Below, piece after piece: positions 13,795 to 27,900 of a stretch of 64,000 nt of DNA. Position 1 is the stretch's first letter, and the number at the start of each line of letters is the position of its first letter. A model generated the notes under the pieces. It ran no database searches and was not told the DNA's origin. It worked only from the letters and a program-made list of their open reading frames with translations. The translations under genes and the position numbers were made by a program. The stretch is taken from contig ML996698.1 in assembly GCA_010356995.1 (NCBI GenBank), positions 307,923-371,922 of the forward strand. The letters are read 5' to 3'. The stretch is from Trichodelitschia bisporula. Taxonomy: Eukaryota.

Positions 13795-14966
13795 TTTGAC
13801 GCTCAAAAGCAAATATCTTTAGGAGTATCCAAATTCAAGAGTGCGCTATTGAGCCTCAATGGTGTAAGCCGGTCATGCAGTTGGCCGGTCAGTAACAAGT
13901 ACATTGAACGTGAGACGCGAATAAAGGCATGTCACGATGTCGGTTGATCACGTGCGGCGCGTTAAGTTTCGTGATTGCTCTTCAACGATGAGCGCTGCTG
14001 CCCATCGATGATGAGGTCATACTTGGACTTTGCTCGAGTTAGGAGCACTAACTGCTCCTGTTTGTCTTTCTCAAGTTGTGTTTGTGAAGCTCGTCATACT
14101 TGGGTTCAGCTGCGACATGAATGGTCTACACGCAAGCAGGAGGCAGGTATGGAAGTTCGGAAAATATTGGCCTAGCGATGATATATGGACGCCGAGCCTG
14201 TGTACTGTATAGTTTTATGGAAGACCGCCTCCCTCGTGCGTCTTCTCCACGTGTACTTTTACTGCGAGCTGCTTCGCATGGCATACTAGACCAGTCTCTC
14301 ACAGGTGCGACTATTAGGCCGAACCTTCGGGTATATATCCAGACATGTGGCTGATAAAGAAGTCTAGTACATGTAGACAATGAACCCTGGACCCAAATAC
14401 TGTGTATCACCACATCAATCTCGATAAGCCAGTACTTGAAGGAGCTTGCTCAGGAGAGGGGGGTTGGCTGGTTTAGGTATTGGAAGGCCACTTGAATCGA
14501 CAGCGCGATCACTGGCAATCACAAGGGATGGCATATGTAAATTTCATGCTTTGTTCATTCCGGCGCTCGGAGAACTAGGCCTCCGTCATAACGTCCATGA
14601 TGTGGCCGTTCGTTGCACATATGTACAGCTCCGATAGACCTTTGACCACAAGAATAACCCTAGTCGATCCGTCAGTGAAGCTGTAGCCATAGCAAACAAT
14701 CGTACGCTTTTGCCCACCCCGCGACATGCACTAGAGTAAGGGAGAACACAGGACCCAAAGAATAGACACATGCCCAATGCCGCCCAATGCAAGCCGTACA
14801 CAAAAGAAAGATCCAACCAGAGGCCCTCCCAACCAGCCAATGCATAGACAAGAAGAACCCAGAACCGTGAGGGGGATTGTCGCTGGCGTGGTCCAAGCCG
14901 CGTCCCCTCCGAATCACGAACAGTATTTATACACACATTTCAGAGTCGAAACCGTGGCATTGTACC

Positions 14967-15379
14967 TCAAGCCACCATGCTTGCGCCGCCGCTCTCGATC
15001 GCCTCTATCTCAGCCAGAGTCCACGGGACGGTCTGGAATTTCTTCGGCAGCTCGCTGCGAGCGAAGGCCATGCCGCTAGGGTGCAGCTCGACGGGACCGA
15101 GCGACGCGCCTGTCTGAGCTCCGATGCCGGTATTGGTAGCACTAGTGTTGAGCGGGCCGTGCTGCTGTGCCTTCTGGCGGTAGGTGGCAAAGGAATCAGG
15201 AAGACGGCTAGCAGGGGCGGCGGGGTGCGGCTTCGGAGCGTGGTTGATATCTGAGGTCAGTGTTAGTGGGGGGGCTGGTGGGTGCGCAAGAGGGGGGGAG
15301 CATTACTAGTGGGAAGCGTCCGCTTGCCCAGGAAGCGGATCATGGGCTGGTGCTGGAGGACACGGAGGCTTGCTTGCAT
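14967..15379 (-). CDS. KGD4: Alpha-ketoglutarate dehydrogenase subunit 4 / mitochondrial ribosomal S36 (YMR31) family, 2 exons
   Basis: Exon 1 MQASLRVLQHQPMIRFLGKR; intron 15251-15306; exon 2 contains HAPKPHPAAP...ELPKKF...EIEAIESGGA, the family C-terminal signature. Confidence 0.88.
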
Positions 15380-18300
15380 TGTGACGGTTGGTGAAGTTGT
15401 GTTGTAGATAGGCAGTGGGGGATGAGGTATGGAGAGGTTGGAGGAGTAATATGGGAAGCTGGGTCGGAGGGCGCCGGAAGTGGATTTTTGCACAGGAAAT
15501 GGCTGAAGCGCGATGGATATGTAGTGCAGAGCGTTCGGCGGAAGTATACAGAGGTCTTTATGTCGAGTAGGATGGCAGGTGGAAAAGGGTGGTCTGAGAG
15601 GGAAAATGAACTTGGTTCAGAGATGGTGGGAGGGGCCGCTGATAAGAGAGGTCGCGACCGCGGAAGAACCAGTTCTTGGTACCCGACAAATCTAGGGACG
15701 TCAAAGCTTTCTGTCTCGGCGGGAATGCGGGGAGGAAAAAGGAAGAAGCAATAAATCGCAGTGATCAAGGTCCGATGATGGGAACTTTAGATTCAATTGC
15801 TTAGAGTATGGGCAAAAGAGAGCCGAATTTGTATGAGGATGGGGTAAGTTGATACATGCATCCCGAGTTCAAACTTGCGCTGGTCAATTTGCTATCTTGG
15901 CGCGGGGAGCTTTCATCCCACGATCCCAGTCGGCTGTCGCAATTTTCCCCTCCCACGCCGGCACTTGCATCAAAAGGCTTGCTCCATTCAGGTCTAGCCT
16001 CTGCAAAGCTTGACTTGGATAGAGACGACATACTCCGACCAGCCAATCATGACTCCATACCGCTTCTTGTCTCCCGGTTTCTTTTCGCGGGTACCTTGTC
16101 CGTGCTTGTCCCCCGCACGCCTCCCCCGTTTCCCCCACACATCTGACACCATTTCACTGGATTCTGCTCATCATCTTCCCTGCAATGCCGCAACAACCCA
16201 CCAGATTTTCATCATTCTATCGCGCAGAAGGTCATGCAGATGCTTGCTGGCGCTGTTTGACAGGTCCTGCTCGCTGCTGCCCTACCCGCTGGCATGTGGG
16301 GGGCTTCTCCCGCCGGGTCTAGGCGTCGCCCGCCTCGGAGAACTCGGCGGCATCCGACAACCGACGCACATGTCTGCGGGGACGGCCTTGGTGGCGAGAA
16401 TCACGAGGCCAGAATGCTGCCCCTCAGGCAGATGCTTTAGTTGAGTACCTCTTGACACCGTTTGGGTGGAATTAGGGGTCAGCGGGCTCAGAAGACAGAT
16501 TCCTGCGGTACAGCATGACGAGCTCAGTCCCAAGTTTGAGGAACAGTTGCATGATGCAACTGATGCACTCTCAGACTCCATCCACAGAATTCTGCTCCAC
16601 AGGATCTTCGTCTGCACGTCGTATCCTGAGTAAACAGCCATTGGCTGGATGTTCAGGTTTGCCGAAGTCCACGACTCTGAGACATTCCCGCTCGAGATAG
16701 TGGTCTGTGCGGCATGGTGTTGTGCTTGCGGCTGACGGAGCAGAGCCGCACCTGAGGACGACAACCTGCTCCAAACATGGCAGGTAGGCTTCGCGGATAT
16801 GCAGCTCTTCCGACGATCTGAAGCTGACTCTAAAAGCTAAAATGACTGGTACCGATATTTCCATCTTCGTCAAAGCCCAGGCCGAGGAAGTCAAATGATC
16901 AAGGGCTTCATATTTCGGTCGTACGGTACTGTACTCCAGGCTTCAAGCTTTCGATACTCGCTCCTAGGTTCTCTCAAAGCGTCGTCGCAACGCGTCACCC
17001 AACAGGCTGCGGTCTCATGGCTCTTACCGAGCTGCTTGTGCACTGCCCAGGGGTCACTCACATGCTGCGCCCTACATCGTTACGCCAGCGGAGGCGCCTC
17101 CACTGACATCCGGTCGATAGCCAAAGTTCAGGCGACAACACTTGAGGGAGGTGACTCCTCATCGGTGAAACATATGTCGCCACCGCGCCTCGAAATTTGA
17201 ACGCGCGGAATTGGACCGCAGGCAGATGCATTTCCGAGGCCCTCCATGCAGGGCGAGGCTGTGCTGGTCACCTGACCACTCATGAAACGATTTGGCATCC
17301 TCAACAAACCGATCACTGATCACATTCCCGACGCTGCGGCCTTCGCTAAGACTATTCATCCAGTTTCCAAGTATTTCGAACCGCTCGCGTAATTCCTTGG
17401 TAACAGTCATTCCTGCAGCCTCGCGAAAACTTCGCTTTCGAACCGGGATCACATGCCGCATCGGGAAGTGTGGCTGTGCGAAACGCGTCATCGGTGGTGC
17501 CTACCCCCGAACTGTAGCCGAGTCGCATCCGGATTGGTTATCCACTTTGGCCGTCGGACTCGGGTTCGCCGGCCGTCCCCGGACTTCCATGCATCGGATC
17601 CACAGAGCCGAGCCGCTCGCGAGGCTGCCATCCGAGTTGTGCATGTCGAATCCGAACAGGCGATACTCCGTTGGAGGATCGGAGGCCATGCCAGTAACAC
17701 TTACCAACTGGAATCCATCACGTGTCAAACGCACCCCCGGTAGCCTTCCACTTGTCTCAATGTCTTTCGATGCTGCGCGTCGCTCATATCGCGATCAGGA
17801 TACTCTCCCGATATCGAGCCACACCCAGCCTCCTTTTTGGCTAATTGCAACACTCGACTTAGGGCTCCCATCTCCTGACCTGCAGTAAGCCTCCAATTCG
17901 CTCACGAAACGACCCAATCCGGCCCGTCCAATCCGCGCGCGGTATCCCGACACGTAGCACGTAGCACAATGTCCAGCGCAACCACCATCGGCCAAACTTC
18001 CCTCTCACCTCGCAACTCCGAGCAAACATTGAAGCCCGATTCTCCAGTTTAACAGGTTGCCCGGGGCGTCAGTTGACGAATTCTATATGCATCACTCTCG
18101 TTTGGCTCCGCTCACACCTCCGGACCTCGTTGCGTCAGACCCCTCGGGGCCCCTCAGTCGTTACTCGACTTCACCACCCGGCTCCCGAGCATAAGCACGT
18201 AGCAGTCGCACAAACGTTACATGCAACGGCTCGTACCCCGCCGCGCGTCACCAAGGCCCCAGTCCCGAGCACCTGTGCCCCGTTTCCCATGCCTCGTCCA

Positions 18301-18403
18301 CCCCATGCCTCGTCCACCTTGCACTCCCCACTATCACAACTCGCCGAACCCAACCTCTCCCCCCTAGCACTAGTCCAGTGTAACCCTTCGTCCAAAACCA
18401 ACC

Positions 18404-18404
<1 letters not shown>

Positions 18405-18479
<75 letters not shown>
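18405..18479. repeat. Perfect poly-C (poly-G) homopolymer of about 75 nt
   Basis: Directly visible in the sequence. Confidence 0.95.
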
Positions 18480-18481
<2 letters not shown>

Positions 18482-19726
18482 ATAGCTTACCAAGCGCCCC
18501 ACATCGGCACGCCGCCTCACGAGCATCCCCGCGGAGGACACTTCCCTTCTTGATCTCTACCTCTTCCCCGTCATACTCATTCCTCCCCAGTTATACTCGT
18601 CCATCCTCCCTTTACTCATCCGGCCCGGCCCGCATACCGCCTCCGCGCATCGAGCTGAAACGTGCCGCTCGCCGTATTGCCCACGCCGTATAAGTGTCCA
18701 TAAACGGCGCCCGCGAAGCGGTGAACAGCTGCTTGGTCAGGACGGGTGGCGTGGGGAGGCGACATGCTCACGCGCTAGATCCTGATGCCGCTGATGCCGC
18801 AGTGCCGCCCGCGGCGGTTGCTTTTGAGGATCTTTAGGGCATTAGGGCGGCGAGCGAAGATACGAATGCTGGTTCATGGGCTTCACTTCACATGTCACGG
18901 TAGGTACGGTATGGAGGCACGGTTAAGAAGAATCAAAGTGCTTGTTTTGGGTATTCCTGTAGTCCACCCGCTTATCCGTCCCGTCCGTAGATAGAATACA
19001 TATCCATAACCTTTCCCCCGATGTCTAGATTTTTCAGGTACAGCAATATACAGCGCGGTAGATGTAGAAATACAGAGCTTGATGAAGCAAGCGTGATACA
19101 GGTATCTAGGCGAGAGCAACGAAACAAGAACGCTTGACCATCCTCCCCACAAATTGTACAGTCCCTTTTCCCTTCCAGCCCAGCGGAGACAGGTAGAAAA
19201 GACGTCAATCGGATATTAAACCGCGCGACCTGTGAAACATATAGTCTATGTGGAAACGAATCCAAACTATTTAGTAGAGGCAATAACAAACGTGGCAGGC
19301 GAATCTCCCAAGTGCCACCAAAAACTAAAGGAAAAGTACATTCGTCGTCATGTTTTTCGTGAACTCATCGTGTCGTCGCGCGCTTTTGCAGCTCGTTCCT
19401 CTTGAAAAAACATCATAGCACCCGTACCGGAACCTAAGGAAAACATGAAAAGGGAAACCATGGTCCGAGAGGAAACGGACCAGGACCCATGAAAGGCGCA
19501 CCGGAACGATAAAAGTACACATGGCACTAATAATAGGGTCGAGAGAAGTATCGATGCCCGATCGGATCCTCAGACCAGTCGCCGCTCCGATCGTAGGGGA
19601 AGTGACGCACTCAGCCCGCGAAGCGAGAATCTTCGCCACTGCGGAGCAATGGCAGCACGCCGCCTGTAGCGCATTCACTCGTCGTTTGCGTCCAGCGCGC
19701 CTCAGCGCGCAAAGTGTTGAAAGTGC

Positions 19727-21946
19727 TCAATCGTGAGCGCCGCGTCGCCGGTGCTTCCCTGGAAAGTCGACATCGGGATGCACGACACGCATGTGCCGCG
19801 TCAGAGCGTCGTTGCGCGAGAAAGTCTTCTCCTCGACACACAGCGCACAGCGAACCTTCTGCTTCTTGATGTTGTGGATAGTATCCTCGTGGCGCGTCAA
19901 GTCGTAGGGCCGTGAGAAGATGGTATTGCACGGCTTGCCCGTCGTAGGGTTGATGCGCTCGCAGACATGCGGTCCGGCCTGCGAGTTGCGCGCCATCAAC
20001 TGCGCCGACGACATGCCACTCCCGACGCCGGGCGTCACGGTGCGCGTCGCCTGGGCGCCGCGGTGGCCTTCGCGCTTGTGTCGTTGGAGCTTCTGCGGCG
20101 TCTCAAAGCGTTGGGTGCAGCCATGGTATGTGCAGGTATAGGTACCCGTGTCGGCCAATGTAGAGCTGGGCTTGTGACTTTCGATGGACTCGGTGATGTG
20201 ATTAGTGGCCCCGTTACTGGACGCAGGAGCCTCGCTTGCGCTCGATTCCATGGTGGTCAGGTGAGGAAAATCAGGAAACTCGGGATTTTCTTCGCTCTTC
20301 ATGGGCGCCGAGACCGGCATTGTCGCAATGCGGAAAGTCGACTGCTCGAGGAACGGAAGAGTCGAGGGCATGGAGAAGCCAAATCCCTCCTGCTGATGTT
20401 GTGGCTGTGTCATTGCCAAGCTGTAGGTAGAAGAGCTAGGCCCTGCATGGCTAGTCCATCCGTTACTGACTGGGGTGCTGACGCCCGCATAACGGGCCTG
20501 GACGGCGCCATTGTTCTGGAACGATCCGCGCGCATAGTTGTTCGGCGCGTGGTCATTCATGTACTGCTGCGCAGCGGCACCGGACGTCTCGGTTGCAGGA
20601 AAGAGTGACATTTTCGTGTCTTCGGGCGATTCGTGATAGTCGAGCAACGCGTCCTTTGGCGAAATTGTTGGTGGCTCTTCCTGCTGCCGCCTACGACGCT
20701 CCAGGGTCTGTCGCTCGCGCTCCGCCGCCTCCGCCTCTTGCTGCTGACGTGACAGTGTCGAGGCAGCAGCGAAGCTCGGATCGTACGAATATTGCGAGTT
20801 GGGCCTAAACGGCGAGGCGTTTCGAGAGTGACCCTTGATGGAGTCGGTTTGCGAATGCGCGGATTGCGACCGCGCCATCTGCGCCGCCTGCAAGCGTTCG
20901 CTCACCGAGTTTTGTATCGGTGAGAGGTACTTGTGGCTGGACTGGGTGCTTGAAGGCTGCATTGGTGGAGCGGTTGCCGGGTTGTACAGCTCGTCTTCGT
21001 ACACGTTCGAGATAGTCCGATCCAGCTTGGGGATGGTCTGTCTTATAGTCATATCTAGACCATCGTATTGTCAGCATGAATCGAGCCAATCGTCGACTTC
21101 AAGAAGAGCGTCCTCACCATTTGACTTGTACGAATCCTCGGGGCTATCGAGAGGAGCGGTGCGCGGTGTTGAAGGGTCGCCACCATAACTCGAGATGGAG
21201 TGCCTGTTTGAGTGCGACATCCCGGGCATGTCATCCTCCGTGGCTGTGGCCTGATCACTCGTCATGTGATTCGCCGTCGAGGCCGTCACCGGGCTGAGAT
21301 TCTGAGATTGCTGGTGGGAAACGTAACCAGGGTACCCTCCGCCCAGAAGCGAATCCGTAGGCGTCTCCGACGGGCTTGAGACTTGGTTCTGGTAGCGTCC
21401 ACGAGCGCTGCCATCGTTGAATGGCTGACTCAACTTCGCGGAGCTAGCGATTGAGGGCGATGACTCCGACAGGCTGTACGGATAGGACGTGCTGTGGCCA
21501 TAGGACGAGGTCGAGCCAATTGAAGACGAGGACTGCCCCCGGCGGTGGGAACCTCCACGACTGCTCGCCGGGGAAAGAGGCGACGGTCTCGCCACCAATC
21601 TGTCCCTGCTCAAGCTACTCCACGAACCATTGTCCCGAGTGTCGAACTGCGGCTGCTGCTGGTGGTATTCTCCAAACTGCTGTTGCGCGGGTTGCGGCGT
21701 CGACTCATGGAGCCTGATGGCCGGACCGTGGGAGTATCCGTTGTTCATGTAGGTTTGGTCTACGACTGGTGTCGAAGACAGGTTGAAGGAGTCGAACTGG
21801 TTGTAAAGCGGCTTGTCCTCGAAGTTAGGTGAAGGCGGCGCGGGGAAGAAGCCGAGAGGGTATGAGAAGGTGTCGGGCGAAGATTGAGATGCGATGTGGT
21901 CGAGGTGGAAGTGAGAGCGAGGTGATTGTGCGCTGTAAAAGAGCAT
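19727..21946 (-). CDS. RPN4: C2H2 zinc-finger transcription factor, Rpn4-like proteasome regulator, 2 exons
   Basis: Intron 21055-21117 (GTGAGG...CTGAC...TAG) joins the two ORFs in frame. Fingers CTYHGC...H..EGH, CERINP..GKPCNTIFSRPYDLTRHEDTIH and CALC...KTFSRNDALTRHMRVVH match the Rpn4 signature. Confidence 0.85.
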
Positions 21947-24900
21947 CGTTGAGATTTCCAGATGTGGCAGGGGATCTGGTGCGGGAAGTGGCGACTATTA
22001 TATGGGGGCAGTCAACGGGTGTAGCTGCGAACAGGGGACCACTTGGGAAGATACAAGGTGCAGGATCTTGTGACGACGTTGATTGGAAATGGATAGAATG
22101 GGCTAGCTTGGGGGAGAAAGCGATTACTCTGAGTCGGAATGGCCGTTAACCCCGGGGGCTCGGTAGTTTTTCGCTGGGCAGAAATATAATCACAAGGTTT
22201 GTTGAGTCAGGATGGGTGAGCGAGTTGTAGCGTTTTGAGAAGAGTAAATAATGGTGAGAGGTGGGTGGACGATTTGAAGAGGTCGGAGGCAGTGTGGGGT
22301 TCAAGAATGATGTGCGTGGAGAGAGGGATGGAGCGATGATGAAAGAGGGGATGTGCGGAGGTTATGACGATGGTGCTGTCGCGCTAGATGAATATCCTTA
22401 ATTTTCAGGATAAAGGTGGATAAGGGAGGGGATGATGATGTGACTTCAGGTTTTAGGCAAGGGTGATGGGCTTTTGATTTCATTTGTTGGGAGGGAGGAA
22501 GGAGGATTCGTTTCTCTGGGTGTATTCTTCTTTGATTCATTACCTTTTTTCTTGTCTGCTTTTCCTTCAAGAGAGACTTCACCATTTTTTGGCAGTTAGA
22601 GAGCGGGGATTGGGGGAAGGGTGCTGGCTTTGCGTAAAGGCTGCCTACGTCATCGAACATGCAGTGAAAATGGGCGTTTTGAAGGGTGGGTGGGGGGAGA
22701 GTGGACAAGGGTTCAACAGTCAAAGAAGAGTCAAGGGCATCCCCCGCCTTGCTAGGGTGAGGGGCAGTCCCCTAATCCCTTGCAGACAACGACAAGCGTC
22801 ACGGCGACTCCATGTACCGTACAGAGCGGGCTACGGGCTTTCAACTTGGGCCAGAGGATTTGCGGCCACTGCGGAATTGGCCCAGCACCGGCTGGCTCCA
22901 CCGGCTTTGGGTTGGCGTGAGTTTTCAACCGCACCACCTCCATCGCTTCAACTGCAGCTCCTGCTTCGCTGCCCCATCTGTCTTGACCAATCGCTTTCGC
23001 ATCTCCGTCTACCAGAACTTCAAAGCCTCAAAGCCCAGGCCGAAACCCTGCTTTTGCACAATATCCGTCTGCATTGGTCCCTGTCCCTTTTTGGACAACT
23101 GATGCAAATCCCGATTGTTGGGCATTATTGTCACCAGTCTCTCCCCTTCCCAGCTTCTCGTGGTCAGCAGTAACCCCACCCTCCTCGTGGCTACGGCTCT
23201 GCATATCCCACGTTGGCCCTCGACAAACTGACCGTCTGCGAGTTTGTTGTAGCCCGTCCATCGTACGCAACGTACCGTAATCCTCCTCCCCACAAAGGTT
23301 ACTAAATTTAGTGGCGCATCACTCCGATAGCCTTGCAGAACTGCAGCTCTCGATCTAGCCAGTTGTCTGTTCAACGACCGCTAATTTGTGAGAGCCTCCC
23401 CCACCACAGCACAGCCACCGCTCCAGGCTATCCCATAACCTGTCAAACCCCACCTCAACAGGCGCCCTACTCGCTTGTACATACACTAATGCGGCACATC
23501 CATTCTATTAACTAGGCCTTGGCTCGAGAGCCTCGATGCAGATCTCGCTTTGTTGAATCGCTCCCTGTGTCTGCAGTACCGCGGGGCGAACCACTCACGC
23601 GCCGCGCGCGCTCCGACGGCCGCGCAAATCGTAAACCCGATGCGCACAACGCTCAGCGCGGATATACCGGCGCACTATCGAGACGTGCAAGCTACCGTAC
23701 GGTAGTAAGCGATAGGCGACGCCTGCGCCACAGATACTTGCGACAGCATGTGGCTGATGCCTCTGGTTTGAATGTCGCCAGTTCATACCGCATTCGGGAC
23801 GATCACGAGCTGCACAAAGCATCAGCCGCGACTCTCACAGTGGCATCCTACCGTATGCGAATCTCAGATGCAGCCATGCGAGATGCGCTCGCCCTAATCC
23901 GCGCCCTTTTTACGCCCTTTTGCTTAATTTTGACACTACAAATATTGCCTGCACACGAATCGTCGCGATGCTTGCGCAACTCTCAGCTACTGCGTGCCCG
24001 TAACTCATATGCCGTACACGGGTACAATTTCACAACGGCGAGTCCGGCCGCACAGGATTCGATCTTTGGAATATTGTTGGGATGTGACATAGGCCATTTA
24101 GCACGGAAAACGGTGCCCATCAAGATCATGGATCCTCGCAAAGGGCAGAACATTGGTGATGTTTCCACCTCGCTGGGCCTGGAACCTAGGAGCAAAAAGC
24201 CCGCGCATTAGCGTTCAACAGGGCTGATGGTTGCACCCTGTGAGTGTCTGGCGCGCGGAGATGCACCAACTGGCTTGCTCAGGGTTCAAGCCTCGTTGCG
24301 TGCCCGGGGCCGGGTCAAAACTTCGGCTTGCGATCGGGCGAATAAGATTGCGTGGTAACATTTTAGATCCTTCTGGACGCATTCTATGCAGAAGCCAAGG
24401 TGACCCTGCAGTAAGCCAATGTGGCTGAGCAGTCCGGGGTGTTCGCAAAATTTGCGCATGGCCGTTGCGACGGACATGGCCGACTCGTCGTCTCTGCTAT
24501 AACTTCTCCATTAGTGAAAGAGGGTGTCGTTCAAGTGGAAATAGGGTTTCATGCAGTGTGACCCATCGCTTTCTTTTAGCCTATTCAACGGCCCGAGACT
24601 GGATCGGGGGCGCAATCGCGAGAAGCCGCATGAGCTGACCCACACGACTTCCACGGAATCCACGTGGAGACACGATTTGACGGCTAGAAAAAGTGGGTCA
24701 CCGGGGGAAGAGCGGCCTGGCCGCGGAACCGAAGCAGGAGATGCAATCGACGGTTGCGGAAAAAGGAACACAGCACTGCTCTCGTGCATCCCTCCGAGGC
24801 ACAAGCCGAGCAAACCCCGAGACCTAGGATCTCTATGGCCTCTCGATCTGTTGCTGACTATTGAGGTTGCAGCTGCACTTTGCGTGAGAACTCTGCTTGA

Positions 24901-27900
24901 ATGCGACCCAGGCCGCTGACTGCTTTGCGCGGTAGTATTTGACATCTGCGTACAGGTACAGTTTTGCGCGCAAGGGCGTCGTTCGGCGTTTGCAAAAACG
25001 TGGGATGATCTCAGTGCGTGCAGCGCTTAGCCTCGCAGCCTCGAGTTCGTCTATTTTGAGACGCATATTCTTCGTCTTGCGGCATCACGCCGGGAATGCA
25101 GATTAAGCAAAGCAAAATAAAGTGCGGAGCGGCATGCCCCCCTGGCTGCCGCACTGGAGTTCGTCCGGGATCCGGAATGGGCTGCCCGGTCGGGACATGG
25201 AATCATTCCGCCCCTGCGCAGGGCGTCGAACGGATGCCGTGCCGTGCCCGGCGCCCCGCGCGCAAGGGCCCGGACGCCAATGACGTATCCGGGCTTGCGT
25301 TGATCATCCGGCGACGAGAACGACAGCGCATATCCATTGCGACGGATCAGCGTAACAGCAATGCGATTTTCTGCTGATCAATACTGCATTTGGGATTATG
25401 CAATCATCGTTACTTTAACCATCCCATCATCATTGCCTGTGGTCTGTAAGAGGGAAACCTGGGCGTTTTGCGTTTCCTCAACAGCGCAGCCCCGCAGTCA
25501 GGGCCAAGCATGGCTAATTACCAGGATTGCAAACGACCTGACCTCACCTTACCTCACTTTAAGCCCCAGCTGGACGCCTCTGGATCTCACTGTGAAACAA
25601 ACGCGCTTGCTTGTAAGCGATGACGATAAACTGACAAAGGCATGGACGAAGTAAAAAAGTCAACGACCGCTGCGCGGAGATTTGGTGGTGTCGCTGTCTC
25701 CGCGGGGCTGAGGTTCGTGGGCATTATGTCCGTACGGTGAAGATGTCGGATTTTAGAGCTACCAAAGAAGATAGCTGATGAAAAACAGAGAGATTTCGAT
25801 ATCTGCGGGTCTGCGGCACTCCATGGCGTTAATTTGCTTCAGTCATCAGCTTTGAGGAGTGCTGGAGCTTGTCGATGGCCGCCCGCGGCAACCCATCAGC
25901 TGTCTAAAGGGCCCGAAAGCGAAGCGACGGTGGCCCAGTTAGAGATGAGATCGGACAGGTTTGCTTGAAGCTTGACCAATCCTCATCGCAGCCCGGGAAG
26001 TAACCACGGGACACCTAAGGCGACCATCAAGGCTCATGACTACACGACGGAGCCGCAAGAACCACCTTGAGTCAATTTCCACCCTCCGAAGTCCTATTCG
26101 CACGATCTCTCGGAGAAATGGTAGAAAATGCCTCCTTTTCATCGGCAGTCAGACTCCGCCAGTCATGACCTAGCACTCCAGGTCCGAGCAAAACTGGTGA
26201 TCGATCGGCGCATTAACCGGCCTCAGCCAGCTTCATTTAATTAGCTGACAGCCTTCCTGTTGACAAGGGTGGTCAACTGCGCAATCACCTTGCCCACTCC
26301 CTCGGCCTTCATGTGCAACATTAGACGCCTGTTGCTGCTTCCGCGCGGCCTTTTCTTCGTTGCATCAAACTGAGACCGATTGCCGGCAGAATCGGTCCAT
26401 TTTGGACTATCCGTTCTATCCGTAGCTGCAGCAGCTCGCATTGCTCGGAATTCCCTTGATATGTACAGCTGGTGGTTCGGGTCCTTCACCATCAGCAAGC
26501 CTGTCACGGGCACTGAGACAGAGATCCGGCCGTCCGAGGTCTCATACCGGTACCGGACGGGTTGGATACGAGGACCTTGTCCGTGAACGTATCCCAGCCA
26601 GCAAAGGCGTTCGTATCCAGATTATGAAGCGCAAGCCGGATTGATTACGCGGTCTCATAGGATGTTAGCTCTCAGGCCCTCCTCCGTCCGACGGTGCTTG
26701 ATGCGTATGAAGCTCGCTTTAGTCTAGAAATGGATGCCGCGATACGACATCTACGAGGGTACATAGGAGTAGGAGGAATTACTTCAGTATCAATGCAGAA
26801 GCCAGGTATGGTATAATCCATTTCCGAGGCGACAGCTCTTGGCCCGATGGGAGCGTCCAGCTCACCTATCCGCGGGACCTGACTTATCGGCATGATATAC
26901 TGCCGCAGTTCAAGGGGTCCTGGAATTGCTCCTCCGTAGTACGTCCTGGTGGGTATGCGCTGCGCTGGCAGTCAGTAATCGAGACCGATTTCTGCAAAGT
27001 CATTGTTAGACTCCTACCGGTAGCTTGATCTTTCGTGTCCTGTATGGATGATGCGGTGCTACCGTAGTGGCCAGGGATGGAGCAAACTCCCAGATCTGCA
27101 CACATCTAGGTTTCAGCGAGAGTGTAAAATGGATTGGCTGACTCGCATGATGAACTTGAATCGCCGGCCGGAGCTCGGAATTGGAAAATAGCAAAGCTTG
27201 CATCAACTCCCTGTCCTACCTGTGAACGGATTTATTTGCCACTTCTGCACGTGTCCAACATCGCACATATCGACTCGCATGTTGTTTACCCGGCCTTGAG
27301 ACTTGATACTCGGCAAGCCGGTATGCATGGTACGTACAGAGCCCTGGAATAGTTTGTCAGCTCGTATTCGAGAGTTGTGGTGGTCGTCTCGGAGCTGTGT
27401 CAGATCCGGGGGCCGGGAGAGTGGGTTGGAGCCCGAGTCTTCCGGCCCGGGGTGCAAACAGCTGCGCCACAACCAACAGCCAGCCTTGACACCAACACGA
27501 ACGGCAGTTCTCGAAATATCAGCCTTCAGCTCGATTACGGCGGCCTCACAGCTAGCGTTCAGGCACCCTCTGGTTTCTTTGATCTGTACCTCAGCCCTAA
27601 CCGTGCCTACGGCGCACGTGGCGGGTGCAGATACGAGCTCGTCGATGACAGCGGCGGCGCCGGTAAGCTGAATGGGAGTGAGGCTCTTTATCTAGCTGGT
27701 TCGCCGTCGGGCTGAAGCTATTCTTGAGATGGATTTAGGAGGAGGATTGGAGTTTTCGCCTTTGTGGTGGGCGGTGAGGCGGGTACGAGGAGGATGTTTG
27801 GGAACTGAGATGGCTGTTTTTGGGGATGCGATGAGTCGGAGTGTCGTCCGTGAGTCGACTGGGACGAGGGCGTCATCTCGACGAGAGCTCGAAGGGTCAT

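Noticed and set aside
18073..18693. 206-aa poly-proline ORF
   Set aside because: The poly-Pro comes only from the C homopolymer; there is no other protein signal.
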